Positions 13,601 to 26,044 of a stretch of DNA of 64,000 nucleotides are shown piece after piece. The translations under genes and the position numbers were made by a program. The first letter of the stretch is position 1. The number at the start of each line of letters is the position of its first letter. Location: assembly GCF_006345805.1 (NCBI RefSeq), contig NC_043000.1, positions 65,224,001 to 65,288,000 of the forward strand. Direction: 5' to 3'. Below the pieces are notes generated by a model that saw nothing but the letters and a program-made list of their open reading frames with translations, ran no database searches and was not told where the DNA came from. This stretch comes from Octopus sinensis (taxonomy: Eukaryota).

Positions 13601-14989
13601 TATTAATATTAGCATTTATTAATATTTAAAAAGCGTTAAAACATTATCAGACATTAATGAGTTTAATGAGCTCATAGACTAGTTGATATATAAAACTTTA
13701 AAGGGCGTTTTTCTCAGTCAATAGGCTTGTAACTAATCTCTCTTGAAAAAAAGTGGGAACTCCAAATCTAATTTACGGCTAAATTGAATGAACTCTTTTC
13801 AAGCAATCAGCAATAATCGTAATTCTGATAGTAGTACTAGCGGCCATTTTGAGAAGTCGACACCTGACTCGAGAATGGCAATAACAGGTCATTTCCTGTC
13901 GTCGACTGATCAACCGACATTTCCAGTAGTCGATGCAAACTGATACGCCATCCATTGCAGCTACACAATAACACAGTCAGTGACAGTCATTACAACAGTG
14001 AAACGACTCCCAACCTGTAGCCTTTGCAGCTGCAACTCTCATAGTTCACAAGCATTGACATCCGTTGCATGAATAGAACTGTACGTAATTTATACAACGA
14101 GAACAATATTACATTAGTTTCCAGCGTGCTTTAATTGAACGAACATGTTAACCAGATCGTATTATCATACATGCATGTACACTTCATATGCACACGTTTA
14201 TTGCAGACACACATGCATATAGACACCACACACATCACTGACATGCATACATAAATGAGCGTGGATGCATTTACACAGCTACATGTATGTATGTATGTAT
14301 GTATGTATGTATGTATGTATGTATGTATGTATGTATGTATGTATGTATGTATGTATGTGTGTATATATATATGCATTACATGATATCATATTGTATTATA
14401 TTATATTATATTATATTATATTACATATGCACATGCACACACACGAGTAGGGGATCAAACGAAAGAAAGGAGCACTCATCACTTTTAGTAGGAGTTGTAA
14501 GTATTTAATAACAAGTTGACTTAGCTCCTATTACTTAAAATTTTGTTGGCACAGAATACACCCACATTCTCAGATATACGGAGTCGAAGTGAAGAGAATT
14601 TCAAAACAATTAAAATGCCTTCTAAATGAGATTATTTTAAGGTTACAGTAGTCCCCATTGGTCACTTTAGGTCACATAGATACTTTGACGAAGCAGTTTC
14701 ATCAATCCATTCCATTTTATGCTCCACGTGGTAATGTAAACGGTAAATTGTCTTCGTGTAGTCAGCGATTTTTAGTATTTAATAATCCAGGGACGACAGT
14801 TACCATGTGGCGTAGTAGATTCCGTGATATCAAGTTACATATCAGTTTGTGCATCAGGCATGAATGTGTGGTATACTTATAACCAGATAGTAGCAGGCCA
14901 CAGTGATTATACACAGGAGAAGAAATAATCGTTATAGGCAAAGAGGGATTACATACCCTGCAATTGTGCTGAACTGATTTTTCTGGATT

Positions 14990-16180
14990 ATAAGTGGTCA
15001 ATGATATGAAGTTCATAAACAGGGTATATCTTTGGCAACAACAATGCATTAGATCGGTCTTCTTGTTGATGGATAGTGTATGCGGTTGTAGCACATACAG
15101 TTTCTCATTAAGGCAGAGTTAGCAATTACGAACTCCAGCTAAGTAAGGAGAGACTCAGTCAAAGGTGTTCTATGTAATGGTGGGGAAATCGTTTGTTTGG
15201 TTCCCATGTATCCAGATGAAGTGAGATAAGGGGGTGAAGTTTCCTCTGTCCTAGCACCCGAAATTATTAGCTGTTAAGCCTGTGTAGTAATAGCATCGGT
15301 TGATATGAGGGTGTCTCCACAGATCACACCCTTTGTAAAGCGGGATGCTCTCGGTAGAGAGTTGGTAGGATTTAGGCAGTTTGTTACAGGGTGAAGCCTG
15401 AGTTTGAAGATAGTGGACAAGTGCTTGTTTCTGTTGTAGTGCAGAATGTTGGAAACAACATCATCTAAGTATGAATAGCTAACCTTGACGTTATGGAGAT
15501 TCAAAATTCCGATACCAATAAGTTGAGAAATGCTATCTAATTAGCAACAAGTTGCTCCTAGCTAAGTAAGTGAAAAGATATAGATAGAATGGAGGCTTAA
15601 ACCAACTTAACTTTCAAACTGTTTTGAAGTTTGGGATGAGCAATCTTACATATCGTCTATCTTACCAGAACAAACAATCCTCATTAGTGCCTCCTTATGA
15701 TGTGGTGTAGCCTTGTTGAAGATCACTCGGTTCACTGATAGACTGAATATTCTTCTGCTGATGCATTTAACTAGATTTTTAATTATAGCTGAGGGTTTTC
15801 GTATTTATGAATATTAGCATTTTCCTCGTAGGGAGAATGCTTACCAAGGATGACATCCAAACCGTCTGTTGGGTCGAATCTTTCAAGTAATATTTCACTG
15901 TATTTGGAGAAAAATCACTTGATGCAGAAATGAACCCTTTTTTTCATCATTTTATCTTGTCGATCAGAGTCAAAATACCTCTTCGGTAGTTAAGTAATTG
16001 TAAGAAAACCACATAAGAAAACATATAAGGAAAGCATCTTTCCTAATTTATTATGTAGTTATCTTTTGGCTGACTGTATTTTCTGTAAACTTAACGTCGA
16101 ATGGTGTTCTTGTAAAACTGACTTTATGTCAAAACCTAATCACCTTGGTTCTTGCTTTACGTGAAACCTTAGAATATCAT
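14990..16180 (-). pseudogene. Penelope-like element remnant (RT thumb + GIY-YIG C-terminus), multiply disrupted
   Basis: Manual minus-strand translation gives KNLVKCISRRIFSLSVNRVIFNKATPHHKEAL, NVKVSYSYLDDV and GVRNC*LCLNEKLYVL...SINKKTDLMHCC, typical of PLE C-terminal regions. Confidence 0.7.
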
Positions 16181-16198
16181 ATGTGCATAGATACCATT

Positions 16199-16496
16199 GG
16201 AAGCACATGGCCTAGTGGTTAGAGCAGCGGATTCGCGGTCGAGAGATCGCGGATTCGAATCTCAGACCGGGCGATGTGTGTGTTTATGAGCGAAATACCG
16301 AAGCTCCACGCGGCTCCGGCAGAAGGTAATGGCGAACTTCTGCTGACTCTTTCGCCATAACTTTCTCTCACTGTTTCCTCCCGCATCTTGCAGCTCAACC
16401 GCGACGGACCGGCGTCCCGTCCAGGTGGGGAACCTATACGCCAAGGAAACCGGGAAACCGGCCCTTATGAGCCAGGCGTGGTTCGAGAAGGAACAA
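16199..16496 (+). mobile_element. tRNA-derived SINE family D with TSD
   Basis: A-box TGGCCTAGTGG and B-box GGATTCGAATC. Flanked by the direct repeat GCATAGATACCATTGGAAGC (16185-16204, 16497-16516). Confidence 0.85.
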
Positions 16497-17639
16497 GCAT
16501 AGATACCATTGGAAGCGATGAAACATTTGGTAAACATTCTCAATATTGAAAACTTATTTCATCAACAATACAAAAGTGATAGCATTCAGGACAACAGTCC
16601 ATGGCTCGTAATAAAGTCCATTATACGCTCTGAATTTATCAAAACTGCTTTTGTTCTTATATTCTATGGCCAATATCAGGCATTGTAAATTCTTACCACT
16701 ATACGGCAGTACATAAGGTATTCATGATTTGCTCGAAAACAAAATCTTACGAATTAACGAATAACTGTAGGGTGCTCGGGAAATAAAAACCGTACAGAAA
16801 ATACTGAACAACAGCCATAATCATTGCCGTCAGGCTATCAATGATTCAGTACACCTCATTAATTTAATAATAAGTTATCAATATTATAAGTTGTCAATTA
16901 GTTCGCACACTTCGGTGCTTGTTTTCTGCTTCATGTGGGCGAAATAGTTAATAATATATCACAGTATAAGATCTAAATGAAATTCACTTTCAAAAGAGTG
17001 TATTATTCTCAAAGGAAATTATAGCGATAGGATTAAGAACAAGTAATATTTAATGTGACAATAGACTTAGAAGAATTAATATTCTAAACAATTCACAATA
17101 AAATAACTCCTTATAACTCAAATATGAACAATTATTAAGTAACGTTAGAGCATGATAAAATTTAATTACACGTTTACAGAATAAAGTATCTCCAAACACA
17201 ACCACAGATATATAGATAGATAGACACAGATATGCTTGTGTGTGCACGTGTGTCTGTCTCTCCGGCTGTGTATGTCTGTGTGCACGCGCTTGTAATACGT
17301 ACGTATATTTAGAATCAGTTGATGATTCACTCTGTAGCTGCTCAGCGCTACCAGCAGGTGCATTTGTCACGTTATCATTTAAGCAATATTCGGTAAACAG
17401 AACAACTACTAGATTATTTCTCATTGGTAAAGACTGATTAGATGGTCGAATATTTAGTGAAGCAGGAATATTATTGCAGTTGCTCGCTAAAAAAATTGTG
17501 GTGCAATAGGAAGCATTCCGTCCAGGCTTGCAGTATCAAGGAGTAATTATCTGCAGCGTTAAGGCGTAAATTTTCAGGAGTATGGAAGCTTTTCAAGATG
17601 AATAGCCTCCGGTGGCCACAACTAGACAAAATCTCTGAT

Positions 17640-18300
17640 CACTGGTTGAGTTATTATATTATTGGTTGTTTTAATATGTGGATCTTTGCAATTAGGCATA
17701 GACTGCAATTTCTTACTCCAGTGAAATAGTGAATGGCCTTGTCGACGCTGATTCATGCTATTGGAGTACATTCTGATCTACAGACCCTGAGTTTCCAATT
17801 GAATTGAAACAAGGTGCAGTTTGCCTTATCCTGTGACCTAAATGAGTGTAGATGCTGGCAGTATCGGCTTTTGAACGTATTATCTGTGAGAATCGTACAC
17901 TTCTTTTCAGTGTTGTCTGAAGGTATTATAGATGCTTTATATATCACCGTTTTGGAGAGAGATCCCCAGAGCGGAAAAATTGGTTATTGAGGTGGTGGCC
18001 GAAAATGCATGTTTTCGGTTGTGGTGTGTGATCTATGAAGGAATGGTATCCACTCAGAAATAACTGATCTTAACGTTATTGATGTGAAGGATTTGTTATA
18101 TTTTTGTCTAGACGGAAAACGTTTTCTTAGTTGAAATAAAAAGTTCCAGGATATATTCGGTATCATTCGTTAAGTCCGTTGTTTGCTTGGAAATAAAACA
18201 AATGCTTCCTAGCTCAAACGAAATTTACAGTATGGAATTAAGCGAAATTTACAATATGGAATTAAACGAAAACAACAATGGAAATATAGGTGAGAGTTGT
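17640..18300 (-). pseudogene. Penelope-like GIY-YIG remnant
   Basis: Track ORF 17753-17947 IYKASIIPSDNTEKKCTILTDNTFKSRYCQHLHSFRSQDKANCTL matches the VIYKA..YIG.T..FK.R...H..SF pattern. Frameshifted GVRNCSLCLIAKIHIL follows. Confidence 0.75.
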
Positions 18301-18846
18301 CTAGAATTGATAACAGAACTTTAGAAATCACCGGTCCTCTTCCCTTTAAAAACCATGAACTATCTTGTACAATTCGGTGTTTAGTTTGAAGTGCCAAAAC
18401 GTCTTAAATTTAATCTTTTATCATTTTCATTATATAATAGATACTATAAACATTTTGATGAAAATTTGTTTAAGATCAGCTACTCTTGTAAGTAATTTAT
18501 AACCTCTCTTGATTATTCTATTGCCAGAAATCTTTCCAACTTCTAATTGTAAGTACTGTTCTCAAACAACTGCCCATTTAACGCTAGTTACTACCCGGGG
18601 GTCTTAATATATTGTGCTAAAATCCAACCAAGTAACGAAAGAACACATTGCTTTCACTGAGAAGTGGTTTAAAAATTGCTTTTATAAACATAAACAAGGA
18701 AACGGGAAAAGATTTCCCTAACATTTGTCAAAAGATAATAAGGGTTATGTCTAAAATTCAAATCAATTGTTGATCACGCAATCACATATAATATATATAT
18801 ATGTGTGGTTGGTAAGCAAGCTACTTACCACACAGCCACTCCTGCG

Positions 18847-18914
<68 letters not shown>

Positions 18915-19006
18915 TAATCCAAACAAGAAAACAAAAAGACAACAATGCGAGGATGTGGAACAATTAAAGTATTATTGGGCGCTCAGGAAAAAAGGGAAGA
19001 AGGAGG

Positions 19007-19041
19007 GTATGACGTTTCGAGCAGAGCTCTTTGTCGGAAAC
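19007..19041 (-). ncRNA. Decayed minimal type I hammerhead ribozyme
   Basis: Minus strand GTTT-CCGACAA-A-GAGC-TCT-GCTC-GAAA-C-GTC-ATAC. Core CCGACAA deviates from CUGANGA at two positions. Confidence 0.6.
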
Positions 19042-19399
19042 ATAGGAGAAAGAAAGATCCCGAGGTGGGAGGACAGAGGGAAAAAAATGCAAGTGGTCTT
19101 CACGAGGTCAACATACTGAAAAGGCGGAAGTAGTAAACAAGAGGGTGCAGGTTTTCAAAGACAAGAGAGCGGAAAGAGAAGGAAGGTAAACAACAGTGTG
19201 CGAGATAACAAGGGTGTGTGTGTGAGTGTGTGCGTGTGTGTGTATGTGTGTATATGGTGGGCGAAGGCTAGGGCAAACAGCAGTAGCAACGGTGTGCGAG
19301 ATGACAAGGGTGTGTGTGTGAATGTGTGCGTGTGTGTGTATGTGTGTATATGGTGGGCGAAGGCTAGCGAGTCACAGGTCAGAAACAAGAAGGAATATG

Positions 19400-21700
19400 T
19401 GTGTGCGTGTAATATGTCTCGTGTGTGTGTTTAGTTGTAGTATGTGTGTGCACGTGTGCGTTTTTTTGTGTGTATGGCGAGTAACTGTGCTTAACTAAGT
19501 GTATGTGTGGGTGTATGTGTGTGCTTATATGTGCGTATATGTATAATTGTGTGCATGTATGTATGCGTGCGTGCGTATGTGTGCGTGCGTATGTGTGCGC
19601 ATGTTTTGGTGTGCGTATGTATGTGTGTGTCTGTGCTTATATGTGTGTACGTATGTGTATGTGTGCGTGCGCGTGGAGGTATATGTTGTGTGTATGTATG
19701 TGTCGGTGTGTATGTGAATTCATGTGTGTTTGTACGTGTGTAAGTGTGTGTGCGTGTATTGTATATATATATGTAAATGTGTGTGTGTGAGTGCGTGGGA
19801 ATGGATGTATGTATGTATGTGCGTGTGTGTACAAAATGTAGGGGTATTATATGTGTGCTTATATGTTTATGTGTGTGTATATATATGCATGCAAGGAAAC
19901 ACTTCGCAACTGAGGGAATGATGGAAAATACTCCTGCGGTGACAGGCGTAAGAGAAACCCCAGGCACAACGCGCCGGCCCAGACACGAACCCGGGATATA
20001 GCCAGAACCCACAGGCGTGCGTGCATGCATGTATGTATATGTGCGTGTGCGCGCACATGCATGTGTGTGCGCGTGCATGCGAGTGTGTGTGTGGGTATGT
20101 GTGTGTGTATGTGTGTATGTGTGAGTGTGTATGTGTGTATGTCTGTGTGTATGTGTGTCCGTATGAGTGTATGTAAGTATGTTTGTGTATATGTGTATGT
20201 GTATGTGTGTATGTATGTATGTATGTATGTGTGTGTGTGTGTATGTGTGTGTGTATGTATGTATGTATGTATGTGTGTGTATGTATGTATGTGTGCATGC
20301 GTGTGTGTGTATGTATGTATGTGTGCATGCGTGTATGTGTGTGTATGTATGCATGTATGCATGCATGTGCGTATGTATCTGTGTGTGTGTGCATGTGTGT
20401 AAGTATATGTGTATGTGCGTATATGTGTGTGTATGTGTGTGTATGTATGTGTGTGTGTATGTATGTGTGTAGGCGTGTGTGTATAAGTGTATGTGTGTAT
20501 GTATGTGTGTATGTATGTATGGGTGTGTGGCTGTGTATGTTTGTGTGTGTGTATGTATGTATGTATGTATGTATGTATGTATGAGTGAAGGTATGAATGT
20601 ATGTAAGTATGTGTGTGTACGTATGTAATGTATGTATGTATGCGTGTGTGTGTGTGTATGTATGCGTGTGCGTGTGTATGTAGGTGTGTATGTATGTATG
20701 TGGGAGTGTAGGTGTGTGTGTGTATGTATGCGTGTGCGTGTGTATGTGGGTGTGTATGTATGTGTGTGTGAGTGTATGGGTGTATGTCTGTGTGTATGTA
20801 TGTCTTGCGTATGTATGTATGTGTATGTGTGTATGTGTGTGTGTGTATGTATGTGTGGGGGTGTGTATGTGTGTATGTATGTATGTCTGTATGTGTGTAA
20901 GTGTGTGTGCGTGTATGTATGTAGGTATGTAGGTGTGCGCGCGTGCATGCATGCATGTGTGTGTATATGTATGTATACACACACACACACACGACGCACG
21001 CCCACACACACAACACACAAACAACACAACGCACGCATATGGGGCCGACCCCACCCCCAGGATCGTGCCAAAGCGCGCTTGCGCGCGGACCCCCGTACAC
21101 CCACACCACAAGAACCGAGATCCATCAACCCCTCAACCCAAAAGAAAGGGGGTGCGCCTGGATGCAAATATATGTATGTGTGCGTGCATTCGTGTAAACG
21201 TGTGCGTGTGTAGGTATGTATGTATGTATGTGTGTGTGCATGCGTGTATGTGTGCATGTGTGTGTGTGTGTGTATGTATGTATGTAAAGTATGTATGTAC
21301 GTATGTGTGTGTGTGTGTATATGTGTAGGTATGTGCGTATGTACGTATGTGTGTGTGTATGTATGTATGTATGTATGTATGTATGTATGTGTGTATGTGT
21401 GTATATGTGTGTGTATGTATGTATGTGTGTGTGTATGTGTGTATGTATGTATGTGTGTATGTATGTGCATGTTTGTTTGTGTGTGTATGTATGTATGTGT
21501 GATTAAATGTGTGAATGTATGTATGTGTGTATACGTATGTATGTGTGTGTGTGTGCGAGTGTGTGTGGGGGGGTGTATAGGTGTGGAAGTATGTGTGCGT
21601 ACAAGTAGGTTGTGTGTGTGTGGTGTGTTGGAGGTAGGTGTGTTGGAAGTAGGTATGTGGGGGTGTTCGTGGATACGTGGGTATGCGTGTGTGTGTTTCC
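19400..21700. repeat. About 2.3-kb degenerate (TG)/(TATG) complex microsatellite with two short CpG-rich islets (19890-20020, 21040-21165)
   Basis: Directly visible; source of the 783/416/414-aa HT-repeat pseudo-ORFs. Confidence 0.9.
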
Positions 21701-21711
21701 GGGAAAACACA

Positions 21712-22190
21712 CTAAGAGGAGGGGACTGTGTTGAGTCCGTGTGAGGTAGTGGTTTGTAGGGTGAAGATGTAGCATTGCTCCAAGTGGAGCCTAGATAGTG
21801 GACGACTGTTGTGTGGGGCGAGACCAAACACTGAGATGTCATCGGGGGAATGGCTGGCCGAGCGGAAGTGACGTGCGACGGGAGAAAAAGACCGTAGGCG
21901 AACGTCCCTCAGATGTTCGGCGAATCAGTCTGACAAACGGCGTCCTGTCTGTCCTATATACAGCATTCCGCAGAGGTTGCATTTAATACAGTATATGAGG
22001 CCAGACGAAGTGCACGTAAAAGAATGTCTGATACGTACAGTTCGCTGGTTGGAGCCGGTGACAGCAGTGGTGTTGGTGATGAAGGGGCAGGTGTTGCAGC
22101 GGGATCTAGAGCACGGGAATGATCCGTGTGGGGCTGAGGGGGAAGGAGAGAGGGTGCTATGGACCAGGAGGGCGCGTAGATTCCGGGCTC
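21712..22190 (-). pseudogene. Penelope-like GIY-YIG endonuclease, one internal stop
   Basis: Manual translation: NLRALLVHS...CSRSRCNTCPFI...FTCTSSGLIYCIKCNLCGMLYIGQTGRRLSD*FAEHLRDVR...VARHF...LEQCYIFTLQTTTSHGLNTVPSS*. The stop replaces the conserved Arg. Confidence 0.88.
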
Positions 22191-22258
22191 ATATATATAT
22201 ATATATATATGTAAGTAAATAAATGGAGTTGAACGAAGATGTTATTAAAATTCTTTTA

Positions 22259-22341
22259 CTTTCGACATATGTTTCAAAGACAACATTGGTTATATTCCAA
22301 AGGAATAAACGGTGTAAAATGCAATCTTCTCATCAGGAAAG
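22259..22341 (-). ncRNA. Type I hammerhead ribozyme with complete core and extended stem II
   Basis: Minus strand CTTTC-CTGATGA-[54-nt stem II GAAGATTGCATT...AATGTTGTCTTT]-GAAA-C-ATAT-G-TC^GAAAG. Stem I is CUUUC/GAAAG; the cleavage triplet is GUC. Confidence 0.8.
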
Positions 22342-22610
22342 AAAGTGAGCCTATCTCAACAAGACATTATAACAATTACGATAACTGCCTAAATGATAAA
22401 CAGAACGTTATTAAGTATTTAAAAAAAACGTTAGTAGATTCAACGTCAAGGGGAGATACTAGAGAGAGAAGGGTTAAAGAAATAATAAGTAGAGAACAAA
22501 TAAAGAGGGATACGTTGGTTGAACAAATGTTCAAAGGCTTAGAAGTAGAATTCTCCATTGAAGTAAAGTGCAAGTTAAACTAACTGTTAAAACTATAAAG
22601 GCTGGCAAAA

Positions 22611-23042
22611 TCACTTATATGAGCTAAAGGTATGTTTCTGCCAGTGTTTACATTTGTAAGATCGCTCTATAAGTGTGTTAACAAGGTGATTCTTAGAAAA
22701 GAGAATATGGAAGAGTTCAGAGTTGCAAATGTTACAAAATCCCTTACCTTTATCGCAAGGAAAAGATATGGACAGGATGAACCAATCTAACTTAAAATCT
22801 TTATTGTTGTCTTTAAGATGCCAAACCAATTTACTTAGCCCTGTGCTATGGCGTTTACTGCTATCCCTAAATGATGTATAATGATTGGAAATTCTCTTAG
22901 ATAACTGGGAAGAGGATGCACCTATGTAGAAGTAGACATCGTTACCGCAAGAAACTTTACACTGGTATATAGAATTCTTGATTTTAGAATTATTAGACAT
23001 AAATTTAATTCTGTTGGGGTTGTCCTCAGAGACCAAAACCAT
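22611..23042 (-). CDS. Penelope-like GIY-YIG endonuclease domain (5'-truncated element, frame open)
   Basis: SIYQC...YIGASSSQLSKRISNHYTSF...TGLSKLVWHLKD...LDWFIL...CNICNSE...CKH. Hammerhead lies 270 bp downstream on the same strand. Confidence 0.85.
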   Translation of the reverse strand: MVLVSEDNPNRIKFMSNNSKIKNSIYQCKVSCGNDVYFYIGASSSQLSKRISNHYTSFRDSSKRHSTGLSKLVWHLKDNNKDFKLDWFILSISFPCDKGKGFCNICNSELFHILFSKNHLVNTLIERSYKCKHWQKHTFSSYK

Positions 23043-23176
23043 GGTTTTATTGCTATCATTAATATGAAGAGGTCACTTCATCCGTGTTACTGCGTGAATT
23101 TTGCTACCCTGGTAACTGTTTATTGAATTATTGAATTTTCCATCTTAACGGTAAACAAAGGATAATTCATTCATCC

Positions 23177-23286
<110 letters not shown>

Positions 23287-23728
23287 TATTAAAATTATCA
23301 AAATTAATACCTTCAATTCTTATTCTAAATCATGTACTTTACATTATATAGACTACGCGCGTTTCATGACAACAAATTCCTCAATATTGCTGAAATAGAA
23401 GGTCTCGAAGTACAATACCATATTAAAACGATTATATTGCCAATCTTCAGGTCCAGATTATATGAACTTATTTTGTTATTTACATCCTATATAAAGACAT
23501 GACAAACTAAAATTATATAACTTTAGTTTGTCATGATATATAATTTAGTTATGTAATTTTTAGTTTGTCAGTTATATAATTGCTTACAAGAATAAATTCT
23601 GGGGTCGATTTGTTCGACTAAAGGTGGTGCCCCAGCATGGCTGCAGTCACATGACTGAAACAATTAAAATAATAAAAAAACTATGCCATTTTTATCTCTA
23701 GCAACGCTGGATATCTCTGCTAGTATAT

Positions 23729-23771
<43 letters not shown>

Positions 23772-26044
23772 ATATCATTTATACATAATCAATATATACA
23801 TATAGCATAAACATATCACCATACACAAACCCTAATATCAATTCTAGATAGCATAACTTACCCTATACCAAGCTGTGGATGTTGTAGTGGTTTATGCAGG
23901 CCTAGCGTGGACTCAATCCGCGATCGACAAATTTCGCTTAACTGTTCAACAGCGCTTTTCTCACGGTAAAACAATAGTTTTTCTGTGAGTGACAGCAGTT
24001 ACATTTGCCAGATGCCTTCGATCAGCAAAATAATGTCTTTGCCACTTGACCCTTCTAACCTCTTCTAAGCCACCAAACGTTAGAATTGAGATAATAGGTA
24101 CACCAACGAAATCTATTGTTCTCGACAATATGTCTATCCTTCTAGCTGGTTTTGGATAGTTATAAATACTAGAATTTGGTACGGCAAAATCAATTAGAGA
24201 GAGCGACCATCAGTTAGTGAACAGAGCACAACTAGAGTCATGGCCACAATCAGGCAGTGACTAAAGACAATCGGGCAGAAGGAGAAAGAAGGTTACAATC
24301 AGCGACTTCAGACAACTTCCCTCGACTCTCTCACTCTCACTAGCTCACTTTCTTTTCTCTAGAACTTTACTCCATCTCTATCTGTAGGTTACTACTACAC
24401 AATGACGAAAACACCAACTATACAAGAAGTTAACTTCCTTTATCTCGCATGCCCTTCCACTTATATTATATCACACTCCTGCCTGTTGAGGCATGGTATT
24501 ATATCAAGTAACGGTAAATAAATATTTCTTTATAACTTCGAACACTGTTCTTCGCCCATCTTACAAATCTGCAACAGCAACCACCGTTACAATCGCTAAC
24601 TGCCAACTCCAAACTATATCATAATACCAACCGTTACAATGTGCTATAAAATGCCTCGCGGAAAAAAATGGTCACAATGCATTATTTATATTATTTATAT
24701 TTGACAGATGTTTGTCATCACGAGCATATGGCGTAGTGTTAAACTTGCAATTTTTATGAAATTGTTTTCATGGTTAAAAAATGTGAAAAACGCATCATAT
24801 TGCTGGAATATCTTTTATTGAAACTGATAACATCAATGTGAGGAATGAGCATGGCGCTGACTAAGTATTTCAAGCAGTTCATCTGAGTGACCTTGTCTTT
24901 CGCATGCCAACCTCCATTCGACCTCTTGGCTATCATCGACCCCCTGTAATTCCTCGTCGACCCCTAAGGAGTCGCTCGAACCCCCTTTGGTGACCCCTGG
25001 TATAAATGAATATTGGGAAGACGGAGGTGGAGAAAAATTTAAGCGCTCATGGCTTGTTTGTTCTCTTAAGAAGACAGCATCTTTTGTTGCCCGCTACTTT
25101 CACGAAATACGAATCAGTCTTTTTAACCCATTTTATCCCAATGTCTACGACTATAAGCCTTGCATATTATTTACCACAGATCAGATTATTGTCAACCAAC
25201 AGGCTTAAATTGAGTGATACACACTTACAAAGAGCTATTCGAATCATTTTTGGCAGAAAATCAGACTATTGTAGTCATTTGAATATTTTCTTGTTTGGTT
25301 GCAAACTTGAAAAAAATAAAAATCACGAAAACACTAAAAGTATTATCCTTTTGTTGCAAAACTATTTTTATAAACATTTATTTTTGTTATGTGGTGGAGT
25401 AAAATCAATAGATTTGATCAAGGTTACAACACATACATAATTGTAATTCTTCCATTTTTGACTCCGCATCGTCCCAATGTCTAGAAATGTAAAACTTTCG
25501 AGAAAATAGGGACCCTTTAATTAAATGAAGTTGAAATTTCACCAATATCTAAGTTTCATAAAAACAGATTTGAGCGCCTAATTTCGCAGGTTTTGATACA
25601 TTCCTTCTACCCTTGGGATAATAAGAGTTAATCAGAAGAAGAAAGTGTATTCGATCTCTGGGAAACATACGGAAAGCTTAGCACTGATGAAAAGGTTTAA
25701 AAAAATATCATTGTTGCTGCTTCACATAGTGGAAAGTAATAAAAAGAAATTTATTGAAAAATAAAGGGATTATTGACATAAACCTTTTAACTCAAAACAA
25801 GATCGGATTAGAATTTCTTCACAAAATTCTCCGTTGTATAACATATTTAGTATATGTTGGTATACGTTGGTAGAAAGAGGAACTGTGTGTGTGTGTGTGT
25901 GTGTGTGTACGTGCGCGCGTGCATGCGTGTGTGTGTGTATGCGTGTGTGATTGTGTGTTTGTACAATGCTTGTCCTCATCTACTACCTCTTGTCAACTGG
26001 TGGAATAGGTAGAGACCAATATAATTAGTAGTACCAGATTAAAC

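Larger units (their letters stand above)
18920..22190 (-). mobile_element. Penelope-like element 3' half: GIY-YIG, CA/TG-expanded 3' region, decayed hammerhead
   Basis: GIY-YIG at 21712-22190, a complex microsatellite, then a hammerhead-bearing terminal segment at 18920-19190 on the same strand. Continuity across the microsatellite is inferred. Confidence 0.6.

Noticed and set aside
16199-16275. tRNA-like cloverleaf heads here and in SINE families A-C
   Set aside because: A/B boxes are present, but the arms are imperfect and continue into repeated SINE bodies with TSDs; these are not tRNA genes.
19491-21842. 783/416/414-aa His/Thr-rich ORFs (and similar MYVC/YIYI/HTHT ORFs throughout the window)
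   Set aside because: They are translations of CA/TG/TATG microsatellites that lack stop codons; there is no coding signal.
22239-22583. 114-aa plus-strand ORF antisense to the PLE 3' region
   Set aside because: No recognisable motif; it overlaps the hammerhead on the opposite strand and is compatible with chance.
23870-24566. Possible solo LTR ending ...CATCTTACA
   Set aside because: I could not find a matching TG start with a TSD, or a second copy in the window.
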